From positions 1 through 59,321 of the forward strand of contig VYCT01000135.1 in NCBI GenBank assembly GCA_009843785.1: a stretch of 59,321 nt of DNA, given 5' to 3'. Numbering within the stretch: the stretch's first letter is position 1; every line of letters begins with the position of its first letter. Positions 47,394 through 56,387 of the stretch are shown piece after piece. The DNA is from Candidatus Poribacteria bacterium (lineage in GTDB: Bacteria; Poribacteria; WGA-4E; WGA-3G). The notes below the pieces were generated by a model. The model ran no database searches and was not told the origin of the DNA. It saw only the letters and a list, made by a program, of their open reading frames with translations. Position numbers and translations under genes: made by a program.

Positions 47394-50159
47394 TCAATCA
47401 ACATCTTCTATCTTCTCCAATTGCGAAACTTCTTGTGAGAATTCTGACTCCAACTGTGCTAATCGGTTTGTCTCAAGTGTCTCAACCTGTTTTATGCCCC
47501 ACGCATCATCTCCAAAATCAGGAGCAACTGTTGCCGATAAGTTTGATCTGATACGAATTTGATTGCCATCCTGCCTGTGAATTTTGTCTAGTGGAATCAT
47601 ACCGGTTTGAGTCCCAGTTGAATCCGTATTAAGCACAAAGATACTATGATTTTCCCGCGAAAGCACCCACGTCCAGAACACAAGATCGTTGTGAACAACG
47701 TTATTGTAGTCTCGTCCCTCACGCTTTGTGGAAAGTCTATTAACTACCTTTCCTTCCAGAAGATCTGATCTACCATCGGTTGTGAAAACATAACCTGGCA
47801 GCATAACAAGCGTCCAAACATCGCCAAATCGTTCAAACCGAAACCGAAAAGACTTGTGCTCCCAATAATTTTTTATCTTTTTGACTACCGTCCGAGTTGC
47901 ACGACGCAAACGTGCTTGGTACTTAATCTTCCGCGGCCCTTCTTGAGTCCGCGCGAAATAGGCACGTTTACGATACTTATCTATCCAGAGCCCTTGTGCT
48001 TCAAGATGTCTATAGAAATATTCATTAAGGATCCACACAAAACGCTGTTCCCCATGAGCATCGGTGAATTCTTCAACAGTCATCTTTCCTATATCGCTGG
48101 TCTTGATCACGGCATAGAGCGGATTAGCGGATATTGAAAGATCGTGGAAGGTAAAAAGTTGCCCACTATCAAGTATAAATGGCGGTAACCAATCTGCGCC
48201 TGTTTTTTCCCACACCTCCTTTGCCGTCCGCGCTTCAGTGCCGGCGTACCAAACAATGTCAGGGAGACTGACAACCTCAAGAAGATTGCTGGCATAGCGA
48301 GTGAAATTATCGCTACTGGAGGCAGTTCTTGTAATCGTATCCGCAACTTCCGGGCGGCGGGAAATTGTTATTTCAAAAGCTGTATTGTCATCAATGGGAC
48401 CAAAGTTCACCTCGTTTTTGTTTTCCTCGCTTTCTCTCCATACATCCGATAGCCCAGAACCCGCCTTCTCCATTTCTTCGGCACCATAAAACATGTCCGC
48501 TACAACTGGGTTACGATAGCCGCGAATGCCTCGTGTCCCTTTTTTGATTTCTGTTTCAAACGCGTTTTTTATCTCCTCTTGAGATGTACCTATCATCTGA
48601 TCTATTACATCCTCAACCAATCCCCCCGGGTTGCGTACACGAATGTAGGTTTCCGCAATCTCTATCACGATTGGTTCGTCTTTCTCGTAATCACGGTGAA
48701 CGAGCGCGTTGACAACTATTTCCCGTAAGGCATTCGGAGGATACGGATACACGGGTTTTGAGTGTCGTCCTTCCTTCAAAAGAAAAGACCGATTGACGCG
48801 AGAGAGCAATTCATATATCTCTTCAAGCTGCATCCACAGGTTCCCTTCAATTACCTGTTCTATCTTCTCTCCAACCGATTCAGCATCATCCGAAACATCA
48901 AAAATATTTTCAATCCACTCCGGATCTCCTTTTAAGCTAACGACGACTTGCGCGGTTTGGATATGGTTCTGTGGTACATCGGCAAAGAGTAAGTAACCTC
49001 CAACTGTAGGAAAAATATCTCCTTCTTTTTGACGTGTGGCGAGATCTCGATCACACAATAGTTGAAAAAACCAATTGTTATCCCTAATGGTCGGCACTCG
49101 GATACCTGTCCTGTCGCAGTACTGTAAAAGCCGAACTCTCATCGGCGGCCAGTCAAAATCATCAAGACTGGATTCGGTGAGCACCTCTAAATCATAAGGG
49201 AGCTCTGTTAATGCTTCAGGAACCGCTGTAATTTGTGTTTGATGATAATCCGGTTCTTGTTTACGAGCATGTTGCCATAGAGCACCCATCACTTCGTCGA
49301 ATCCATCAATAGAGACGACCTGAAGGTTTTCCTGGATTTCTTCAGAAAGTTCATGCACTAAGTGAGTTAAACTGTCGGGGCGTTCTCCCTTATAATTCCG
49401 TGTGCACCAATAGATTCCATTTCGATAGTTGTCTACTGCCTCCGCATGATTGATGAGAAGATGTTTCATGACAGAAGTTTCCGCTCCCCGATACCCTATG
49501 ACAATCAGGGGATGATCTCTCAAAAGAGGTAGTAATCTTGAAACAAGATTTGTATCAAGTTCTTCATCTACTTCAGTAATGGTATTTTTGTCCGTGTAAT
49601 GTTCAACAGAACCATGCAGGTAAACAATTTGCGGATATTGTGGACTTGTTGACAATTTTGTGTAGTCGGATTTTGTCTGGATGATCTGCGGATGGTGAAG
49701 TTGCTTATTGTCCTTGCATACCTTTGGCAAAATGGGGTCAAAATTTGTGGTGAGTACGGTACGGATACACTTCCTGGCCATAAGTTCTGCAATATGTTCA
49801 TATCCGCTGCTCGGTTCGACCTGTGTATTCAGCATTTCCAAAAAGAAATCTTTTCGTATTTGGCGGGGTTGAAGAATATTTTCCACGGCATCAGGATAGT
49901 TATCCGCTTGTTCCCCATCTTCATGATACCACTTTTGCATTTTTAACCACGGGTACCAGTCGCTACGCCGAACGCGTGGGTCTTCAGGATCCAAGCCATT
50001 GTCGAGACAGTATCCCCATTTAGCGATCTTTTCTACCATGTCATGCGCGAGAGGAATGCCGGATTTCACGGAAGCACCGGCACCAAGTAGGAAGATCGGA
50101 TCGGGCCCCCGTATAAAGAGCGAGCGTAAGCGTCCAATAGTTGCTGTTTGAAGTGCCAA
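47394..50159 (-). CDS. SIR2 - GHKL-type ATPase (HATPase_c_4 / 'RecG C-terminal') - APAZ fusion, partner of short pAgo
   Basis: SIR2 aa ~1-295 (LLGAGAS, TTNFD, YLHGS, VIGYRG); aa ~320-600 YP..ALREIVVNALVHRDY, NPGG, RNP, EKAGSG; aa ~620-880 APAZ-like (SNLLEV, KRAYF, YWEH, PGYVFTTDG, YNNVVHNDLVFW). Confidence 0.85.
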   Translation of the reverse strand: MALQTATIGRLRSLFIRGPDPIFLLGAGASVKSGIPLAHDMVEKIAKWGYCLDNGLDPEDPRVRRSDWYPWLKMQKWYHEDGEQADNYPDAVENILQPRQIRKDFFLEMLNTQVEPSSGYEHIAELMARKCIRTVLTTNFDPILPKVCKDNKQLHHPQIIQTKSDYTKLSTSPQYPQIVYLHGSVEHYTDKNTITEVDEELDTNLVSRLLPLLRDHPLIVIGYRGAETSVMKHLLINHAEAVDNYRNGIYWCTRNYKGERPDSLTHLVHELSEEIQENLQVVSIDGFDEVMGALWQHARKQEPDYHQTQITAVPEALTELPYDLEVLTESSLDDFDWPPMRVRLLQYCDRTGIRVPTIRDNNWFFQLLCDRDLATRQKEGDIFPTVGGYLLFADVPQNHIQTAQVVVSLKGDPEWIENIFDVSDDAESVGEKIEQVIEGNLWMQLEEIYELLSRVNRSFLLKEGRHSKPVYPYPPNALREIVVNALVHRDYEKDEPIVIEIAETYIRVRNPGGLVEDVIDQMIGTSQEEIKNAFETEIKKGTRGIRGYRNPVVADMFYGAEEMEKAGSGLSDVWRESEENKNEVNFGPIDDNTAFEITISRRPEVADTITRTASSSDNFTRYASNLLEVVSLPDIVWYAGTEARTAKEVWEKTGADWLPPFILDSGQLFTFHDLSISANPLYAVIKTSDIGKMTVEEFTDAHGEQRFVWILNEYFYRHLEAQGLWIDKYRKRAYFARTQEGPRKIKYQARLRRATRTVVKKIKNYWEHKSFRFRFERFGDVWTLVMLPGYVFTTDGRSDLLEGKVVNRLSTKREGRDYNNVVHNDLVFWTWVLSRENHSIFVLNTDSTGTQTGMIPLDKIHRQDGNQIRIRSNLSATVAPDFGDDAWGIKQVETLETNRLAQLESEFSQEVSQLEKIEDVD

Positions 50160-50272
50160 AATGCTGTCCTCTTAGATTATTCCTGATAGATATTGTGGTT
50201 GTAAACCCCTATCCTGGTAGGTTTTGGAGGCTTGTAACAACTCGCCCGTCTATAAACCAACGGTTCCTAAGG

Positions 50273-50301
50273 AGTGTAACATTAATTTGTGAGCAGGTCA
50301 A
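50273..50301 (-). promoter_or_regulatory. Sigma70-type promoter for the pAgo operon
   Basis: TTGACC-17 nt-TACACT with TG extension, about 115 nt upstream of the TTG start. Confidence 0.55.
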
Positions 50302-50490
50302 GTTTAAATAACAAGGGGCAGAACCATTCAGTTGTCGGTTGGCTCTCGCTGCTATCGGAGCAGTATAGATACGGAAATTGCTTCTATAGCGCGGTTTGGA
50401 ACATTTACAGATTGTCGTCCTTAAAGGAGAACTGAATGCCTCTGATACCCTCTTATCAACTTAATTCCTGTAATCCGCAACTCAGGCAAC

Positions 50491-53400
50491 CTACCACAAA
50501 ACCGAATCAATCTCACCCATAACCGCAAGCGTCTCCGCAACAGCCACCAAAATCGCACGATACCGCCGCACATCCGTATGACTTAACACCTCGCCGCGCC
50601 GATCCTTCAACCACTTCTCACACACCTGATACGCCCCAATCTCATATTCCCACACCTCAACGGACACATCCGTGAAATACTGGGTCGGATTAATCCAAAC
50701 CCGTCCCTCCAAATAGCGCGCTTTTTCGACAATACCGTCCCCCTCACCCTCAAACCGATGCACCGCCGGAACCCCTCTTCCTGTAGGAGCGACTTGTAGT
50801 CGCGATCCATCTTTCAACAGATGCCAATCCATCAACCGCTGCCCCAACGCCGAGAGTGTACGGAATTGCGCAATATCTTGTGGTAACGGGATGCGTGGAA
50901 AATCGTATTTTAGGAACTCATAATACCGCTCACGATAGGTCGGACTATACAAGATTGCATAGATATAGGCGAGGATCGCCTCTGGTGAGACACCTTCGGG
51001 TAGGTTAAAGGGTTCGGTTTGCGGGAGTTCCAACGCTTCTGAGAGCGCGGTGAGAAAGGCAGGTTTAAGATTGAGCGACCGTTCTGTTGAGAGTCCCAAT
51101 TCTTCAGAATTCGGATACAAGTAGAGCGGAAACACATGTGCAGTGGGTTCACCTCTATTTGAAATATAACTTTTTTCACTGATTTGATTAGTTACCAAAG
51201 CATGTTGCCATATCGGACTCTTGATACCACGATGAACACAAAGGGCGAGATTTTCCTTCCGCATGTGACGCATGATTTCAGGGCGCGGTCGTCCATGGAA
51301 TCCAGATGACTGACCTGTGTAATATGTCCACCGTGGATCAAATGGACGATAATGAATAGACTGGACGTGCTGCTCAACATCCGGATGATTACGGATATCT
51401 GCTTGGGCGCGGTGAATTTTCCAATCTTGGCTATCCTTTGGTAATTGATATTTCCCCCGAGCTTCATCTACAGAAAGGGAAATGAAATCGGTTACGGTCT
51501 CGCGCAGTTTTTCCTCTGTCCAATGCAGTGTGAATTTATCCCGTCCGGTAACAATGCCAACCGAGTCTACCTTAAAGATATCGGTAATTATCCAGCCTGC
51601 TTCATACTCTGATCTCTGTTCGATTGCCTGTGGCACAAAAAGATAATAGGGTGATGTCGGTTGTAGTTCACTCCATTCTGTAGTTTGAACATCTGTTTCT
51701 GAAAGAGTACTATATTTTTCCGCACGTGGTCCCCACATAGCAGCGTAATAGACTTTTGCTGGAATAGAATTGTCGCGTTGCTTGACACATAGCAAGATGG
51801 AAACTCCTTGTATGATGTCAAAGACATTTTCGTCATTTTCCGCTTCAGGAACAACCTCCGTTACTCTGCTGCTACCGTGTAAATTGAGCAGGTAGATAGT
51901 GTTAAAACTATCAAGCAAACTTTGCCGCATGCCACGAAAAGTAGGTCCGTCAAGGAAACTATTATTGACAATATAACCGATAACACCTTCTCCATTTTTA
52001 TCAATGCGCCACTGTGCCCACCGAATAAATTTCACATAATCTGATTGCAGCACTTTTGAGTTTTTATCACCAAGTGGTTCTCCATCTACCTGCCTGTAAT
52101 CCTCAATGAGTTCACCGATGAAAGTTAATTTTCTACCCTCGCGGCTTGGATTGGCAGAATCCTGTGGATAAGGCGGATTACCAAGGATAACAAGCAGCGG
52201 TTCGTCCCGTTTTACTGACAATGCTGCATTCGCCTCGTCGGAGATAAATCCCGCAAAGGGGATAGAAGGCTGCATTTCGTCCGGTTGTTCCAAAGTATTC
52301 GTCAGATAGATACCGAGGCGTTCATCAGCACGCCACCCTTGCGCTTGTAGGAACAGACTCAACTTCAGATGCGCGATCGTATACGGCGCGACGAGCAGTT
52401 CAAACCCGAAAATCCGCCTGACCAGCTGCGCGTTGACATACTGCATCCACTCCGCCGCGCCGTAGGTCTCGGCTACATATTCTCGGACGTGATCCAGCAC
52501 TGACAACAAAAAACCACCCGTCCCTGTCGCAGGGTCAAGAATAAGTGTATCGTCATCGGCGAGACCGTCCGGTCTGTTCAACGCTGTTTTCAGGAGACTA
52601 TCCACCGACCTAACGATATAAGAGATAACCTGTGGCGGTGTATAATAAACACCGCGATCGACGCGTCGCTGCGGATCGTATTCCGCGAGGAAAGTCTCGT
52701 AGAAATGGATCACCGGATCTTCAAGATGATTTCTCGCAGCAAACGCCGTGCGGAGCATCTCTGTCGGGACGTTGCGGAGAAGCACTGCGATGTCGTCCAG
52801 AATATAAGTGACGTTCGTCTCCAGTGTCGGGGAGGCGACGTGATGAAAGAGTTGGACGAGAAACGGATTTGAGCGTGGAAGTGCATCGGTGGCAGTGTGT
52901 CGTGAGAAGTGGGTCGCGTTTGGGAGCGTGCAGCGTGCGGCGAACAACCCGTAAGCGAGGGTTTGGGCGTACATATCCGCAAAATCGTCCGGAGTGAGCG
53001 TAGAGATGAGCAACTCCTTGAACGCCGAGAACATCCCATAAATCTCGCTATTTTCATCGGTGAGCGTCGTCGCAATCTGCGTCTGGAGTTCCCGTGTCCG
53101 TCTGGCGAGGTATCTTGCGAGCACCTCTGGCGAGGTGATTTCGACCTGTCCAGCGTCCAGAAACCGCTCCAGTAGCCGCTTTAAATTTTCAGGCGAATCC
53201 TCAATGTTTGCTGTTGCGCGCGATATCCCGTCCGTATACAACCGAAAATCGACGAAATTGGTAAGAACAAAGTTATCAAGGTTTTCGATGAAGCGAGCGT
53301 TCTGTGCTTTCGCGTGCCCAGTGAGATTGTCAAGGTCTCTACCGTAGGCTTCCGCTTCAATATAACCGATAGGCAGTACCCCATCCATTGCAATAAAATC

Positions 53401-53592
53401 GGGTCTCCCGATCTGCTCCAGTTGTCTCGGTTCTTGTGTTAATTGGACGGTATCTCTGCCCAGGTCAACGCATAGTTCTTCAAGGAAGGCTTGGAGGTGT
53501 GGGTATAGCGAGAGTTCTGGGGTCGCCTCGGTGCTGGTTTGTGTGCGGTGGATGTTTTGTAGATAACGGTCGCAGTGTGTTTGGAAGTTCAT
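50491..53592 (-). CDS. Single-chain restriction-modification enzyme (Type IIG-like: nuclease - N6-adenine MTase - Type ISP-like specificity domain, no helicase)
   Basis: GRPDF...IEAE, GVYYTP, motif I ILDPATGTGGFL, motif IV GNPPY, YRPFD, DFPRIP, IGAYQVCEKWLKDR. Confidence 0.88.
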   Translation of the reverse strand: MNFQTHCDRYLQNIHRTQTSTEATPELSLYPHLQAFLEELCVDLGRDTVQLTQEPRQLEQIGRPDFIAMDGVLPIGYIEAEAYGRDLDNLTGHAKAQNARFIENLDNFVLTNFVDFRLYTDGISRATANIEDSPENLKRLLERFLDAGQVEITSPEVLARYLARRTRELQTQIATTLTDENSEIYGMFSAFKELLISTLTPDDFADMYAQTLAYGLFAARCTLPNATHFSRHTATDALPRSNPFLVQLFHHVASPTLETNVTYILDDIAVLLRNVPTEMLRTAFAARNHLEDPVIHFYETFLAEYDPQRRVDRGVYYTPPQVISYIVRSVDSLLKTALNRPDGLADDDTLILDPATGTGGFLLSVLDHVREYVAETYGAAEWMQYVNAQLVRRIFGFELLVAPYTIAHLKLSLFLQAQGWRADERLGIYLTNTLEQPDEMQPSIPFAGFISDEANAALSVKRDEPLLVILGNPPYPQDSANPSREGRKLTFIGELIEDYRQVDGEPLGDKNSKVLQSDYVKFIRWAQWRIDKNGEGVIGYIVNNSFLDGPTFRGMRQSLLDSFNTIYLLNLHGSSRVTEVVPEAENDENVFDIIQGVSILLCVKQRDNSIPAKVYYAAMWGPRAEKYSTLSETDVQTTEWSELQPTSPYYLFVPQAIEQRSEYEAGWIITDIFKVDSVGIVTGRDKFTLHWTEEKLRETVTDFISLSVDEARGKYQLPKDSQDWKIHRAQADIRNHPDVEQHVQSIHYRPFDPRWTYYTGQSSGFHGRPRPEIMRHMRKENLALCVHRGIKSPIWQHALVTNQISEKSYISNRGEPTAHVFPLYLYPNSEELGLSTERSLNLKPAFLTALSEALELPQTEPFNLPEGVSPEAILAYIYAILYSPTYRERYYEFLKYDFPRIPLPQDIAQFRTLSALGQRLMDWHLLKDGSRLQVAPTGRGVPAVHRFEGEGDGIVEKARYLEGRVWINPTQYFTDVSVEVWEYEIGAYQVCEKWLKDRRGEVLSHTDVRRYRAILVAVAETLAVMGEIDSVLW

Positions 53593-53597
53593 ATTTA

Positions 53598-54443
53598 TTA
53601 GAGCCAATACGGAAATCCAGCAGACTCCTGAGACGCAGGCGGTCGGAGCAATTCAAATTTTCCATTCATTGATTTACGGGTTAAGACGATAATCCCACCA
53701 TCGGCGTATGTGCCTTTTGTGACATGATGGGACTCAAATAGCAAAACGTCCTCGATACCGTCATTGTTAAAGTCAGCCCGCACCATCTCCTTTAACATTT
53801 GCCCCATACCGAACCCCTCAACATTCAAAACATTTTGACTTTTTTCGGTAACGACGAGTTCTTGATTATCAATCTTTTGCTGGTATGTCGTCTCTAAATC
53901 TCTGTCGGCATCCCAACTCGATTTCGATGCCAGATTTTCGCGAAACATCTCGAAAGGGAGCAATTCTAAGTTGAGGACCCCCACTTTGGCATCTGAGATA
54001 AAACTTTTTGTGGGCGCACTCGCCTTCTCAAGCGCGTTGAGCAATCCACAGGGATGCTTGAAAAAAAATGACATCTTGTGGTCAAAATTACTACTCGGGT
54101 AGTAGTCACGCTGAAGTGCTGAATCATATTCTCTACAGGTTCGCACATGAACCTTGTCGTCCCTCGTTTTCGTGAGCGTTACGCCGTCAAGATGATCATT
54201 CTCACCCAGATGGATGGGCAGGTCCCGAAGGGTGTCAATCTCATCTTTAGCAATGGATTCCACTATCGTACCATCTGCAAACCGTATACTTTCAATAAGT
54301 TGAAAAGTAACATTAGGCTCCTGCTGCGTTTTATTCGGTTTCTGCTGATCTGCTGCCAAAGACTGCTGGACATGGACATTTTGAGTGCTTAAGATAAATG
54401 CCAGTAAACAGACAATGCTGCCAAAAAACTTGAAAACTGTCAT
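53598..54443 (-). CDS. Hypothetical exported protein
   Basis: N-terminal signal peptide; ADFNNDGIEDVLL Ca-binding-like motif. Confidence 0.65.
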   Translation of the reverse strand: MTVFKFFGSIVCLLAFILSTQNVHVQQSLAADQQKPNKTQQEPNVTFQLIESIRFADGTIVESIAKDEIDTLRDLPIHLGENDHLDGVTLTKTRDDKVHVRTCREYDSALQRDYYPSSNFDHKMSFFFKHPCGLLNALEKASAPTKSFISDAKVGVLNLELLPFEMFRENLASKSSWDADRDLETTYQQKIDNQELVVTEKSQNVLNVEGFGMGQMLKEMVRADFNNDGIEDVLLFESHHVTKGTYADGGIIVLTRKSMNGKFELLRPPASQESAGFPYWL

Positions 54444-54702
54444 TAAAATCTCCTTTCTAAAGGCAGGTCGTTTTGGAAGTCTCGCACAACTGCATTATAT
54501 CCTAATTTACCTCTCAGATGCAAGATTTTTTGAAACCTGCACAGGGCTATTTAGTTTTCAGTTTTGATTTTGGTTTCGTTTACTGATAGTAAGGTTTTTT
54601 CCACAATATCGCGAGCACAGTTCGTTCCTACAGAGGAAAGTATATCCATATATGAAGTAAATTTTTAAAACTGAATCGCTCTGCTGATGCCTATAAAACC
54701 GC

Positions 54703-54731
54703 TTGACAATCAAAGCCTCAGATGGTATCCT
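54703..54731 (+). promoter_or_regulatory. Sigma70-type promoter for AAA paralog 3
   Basis: TTGACA-17 nt-TATCCT with TG extension. Confidence 0.55.
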
Positions 54732-54781
54732 TATCTATAAATGGTATCATAAGAATCTTAGCACTCCGGTTTGGAGAAAAG

Positions 54782-56386
54782 ATGAGACGCTTCGGAACGC
54801 AAGGTCCCGTTCATCCAGAGAAAAACTATGTCGTCAGCCGCGCGACTGAACTTGCCGATTTCGTCATGCGTGTCAAAGAGGGGCGTTACATCGTTATCTT
54901 CGCACCGCGGCAGACCGGCAAGACGACTTTCTTCCAACGCGCCTTAGACGTATTTGCAGACGAAGAGCCTGCGTACTTTCCAATCCCGTTGAATTTTGAG
55001 GAATATGAAGGCTGCACGCCATCGGTTTTTTACAGTTATCTCTACGGGGATATCCTTGAGGAGATAGAAAATATTTTTGCGCGGCGCGGAGAGGTACTTT
55101 CTGAAGCATTGACAGAATTTTTGGAGAATGCAGAGATAACCGACCATCTCTCGATGGGAAGATTCTTTAGAAACTTTTCCAAGTTTTTGGGTGATCGGCG
55201 CGTCATCCTTATCATAGACGAGTTTGATGGCATCCCGAAGGAAGCCGTGAGAGGCTTTCTACATTCACTGCGTCGTATCTACGTCTCAAATCCTATCTCT
55301 CGCTGTCCACACAGTGTCGGCATTGTTGGAGTCAAAAGTATTACGCAGCTGAACTACGACAGGTCGATCTCCCCGTTCAATATCCAAGATGAGTTCAACT
55401 TACCAAACTTCACACTTGAACAGGTACAAGAACTCCTTGGACAATATGTGGAAGAAGTTGGTCAACAGTTTGCACCAGAGGTGATTGAATCGATTCATAA
55501 GCAGACCGCCGGACAACCTGTTCTTGTCAACCGATTCGCGCAGATTCTCACGGAGGAGTTAGATATTCCGAAGACCGAACCGATTACAATGGCACACTTT
55601 TCAACGGCACATACGCAACTCCTCCGTGGACGGAATACCAACATTGAACACCTGACAACCAATATCCGCAGGAATCCACGCTTTGAAAGCGTTCTGATGC
55701 GGATTATGGCGCGTGATGAAGGCGTAGACTTCAATCTCGACGATGACATTATCAGTGAACTTGCCACTTATGGCGTTATTAAAGAAGGGACTGATGGTAT
55801 GTGTGAGATTCTCAATCCGATTTATCTCTACCGGATTATGAGGACGTTCAAGCCACTCATAAACGGGTTAGAGCAAGAATACTTCTCAGAGGATACCAGC
55901 GAAGAACTTCATGAGTATCTCACATCTACGGGGCAGATTGAGATGGAGGCGTTACTGGATAACTTTCGAGATTTCATAGCACGAGCAGGTTTCAGAATTT
56001 TGCAGGTGCCCGATACGCCACAAGAATCGGTAGCACGACACCTCCTACTCGCCTATCTTGACGAGTTTGTTAGACGTATCGGGGGTGTTATGCATATAGA
56101 AGTCCAAACCGGTCGTGGCAGGATGGACATCCTCATCACGCACAATCAGCGAAAATACATTATCGAGACAAAAATTTGGCGAGGCGATAGTCGCTACCAA
56201 GCAGGCAAAAAGCAGTTAGCAGCATACCTAAAGTTGGAAGGCACAACGCAAGGATACTATATAGTATTTGACCATCGTCAAGAGCCAGAGGCACGTGTAG
56301 AGACGGAGACCATCGACGATGTAACTGTTCGGAGTTATGTGATTCCTGTTGTGCAAGAACGACCTTCAGATGTTGATTTGTCTTGA
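54782..56386 (+). CDS. AAA-like ATPase / PD-(D/E)xK protein, paralog 3
   Basis: APRQTGKTT, LIIDEFD, GRMDILI...IIETK; GGAG RBS before MRRFGT. Confidence 0.85.
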   Translation: MRRFGTQGPVHPEKNYVVSRATELADFVMRVKEGRYIVIFAPRQTGKTTFFQRALDVFADEEPAYFPIPLNFEEYEGCTPSVFYSYLYGDILEEIENIFARRGEVLSEALTEFLENAEITDHLSMGRFFRNFSKFLGDRRVILIIDEFDGIPKEAVRGFLHSLRRIYVSNPISRCPHSVGIVGVKSITQLNYDRSISPFNIQDEFNLPNFTLEQVQELLGQYVEEVGQQFAPEVIESIHKQTAGQPVLVNRFAQILTEELDIPKTEPITMAHFSTAHTQLLRGRNTNIEHLTTNIRRNPRFESVLMRIMARDEGVDFNLDDDIISELATYGVIKEGTDGMCEILNPIYLYRIMRTFKPLINGLEQEYFSEDTSEELHEYLTSTGQIEMEALLDNFRDFIARAGFRILQVPDTPQESVARHLLLAYLDEFVRRIGGVMHIEVQTGRGRMDILITHNQRKYIIETKIWRGDSRYQAGKKQLAAYLKLEGTTQGYYIVFDHRQEPEARVETETIDDVTVRSYVIPVVQERPSDVDLS

Positions 56387-56387
56387 T

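Noticed and set aside
48355-49200. RecG helicase domain in the pAgo partner
   Set aside because: No Walker A or DExH motifs; the segment has GHKL-type motifs despite the RecG C-terminal label often attached to this family.
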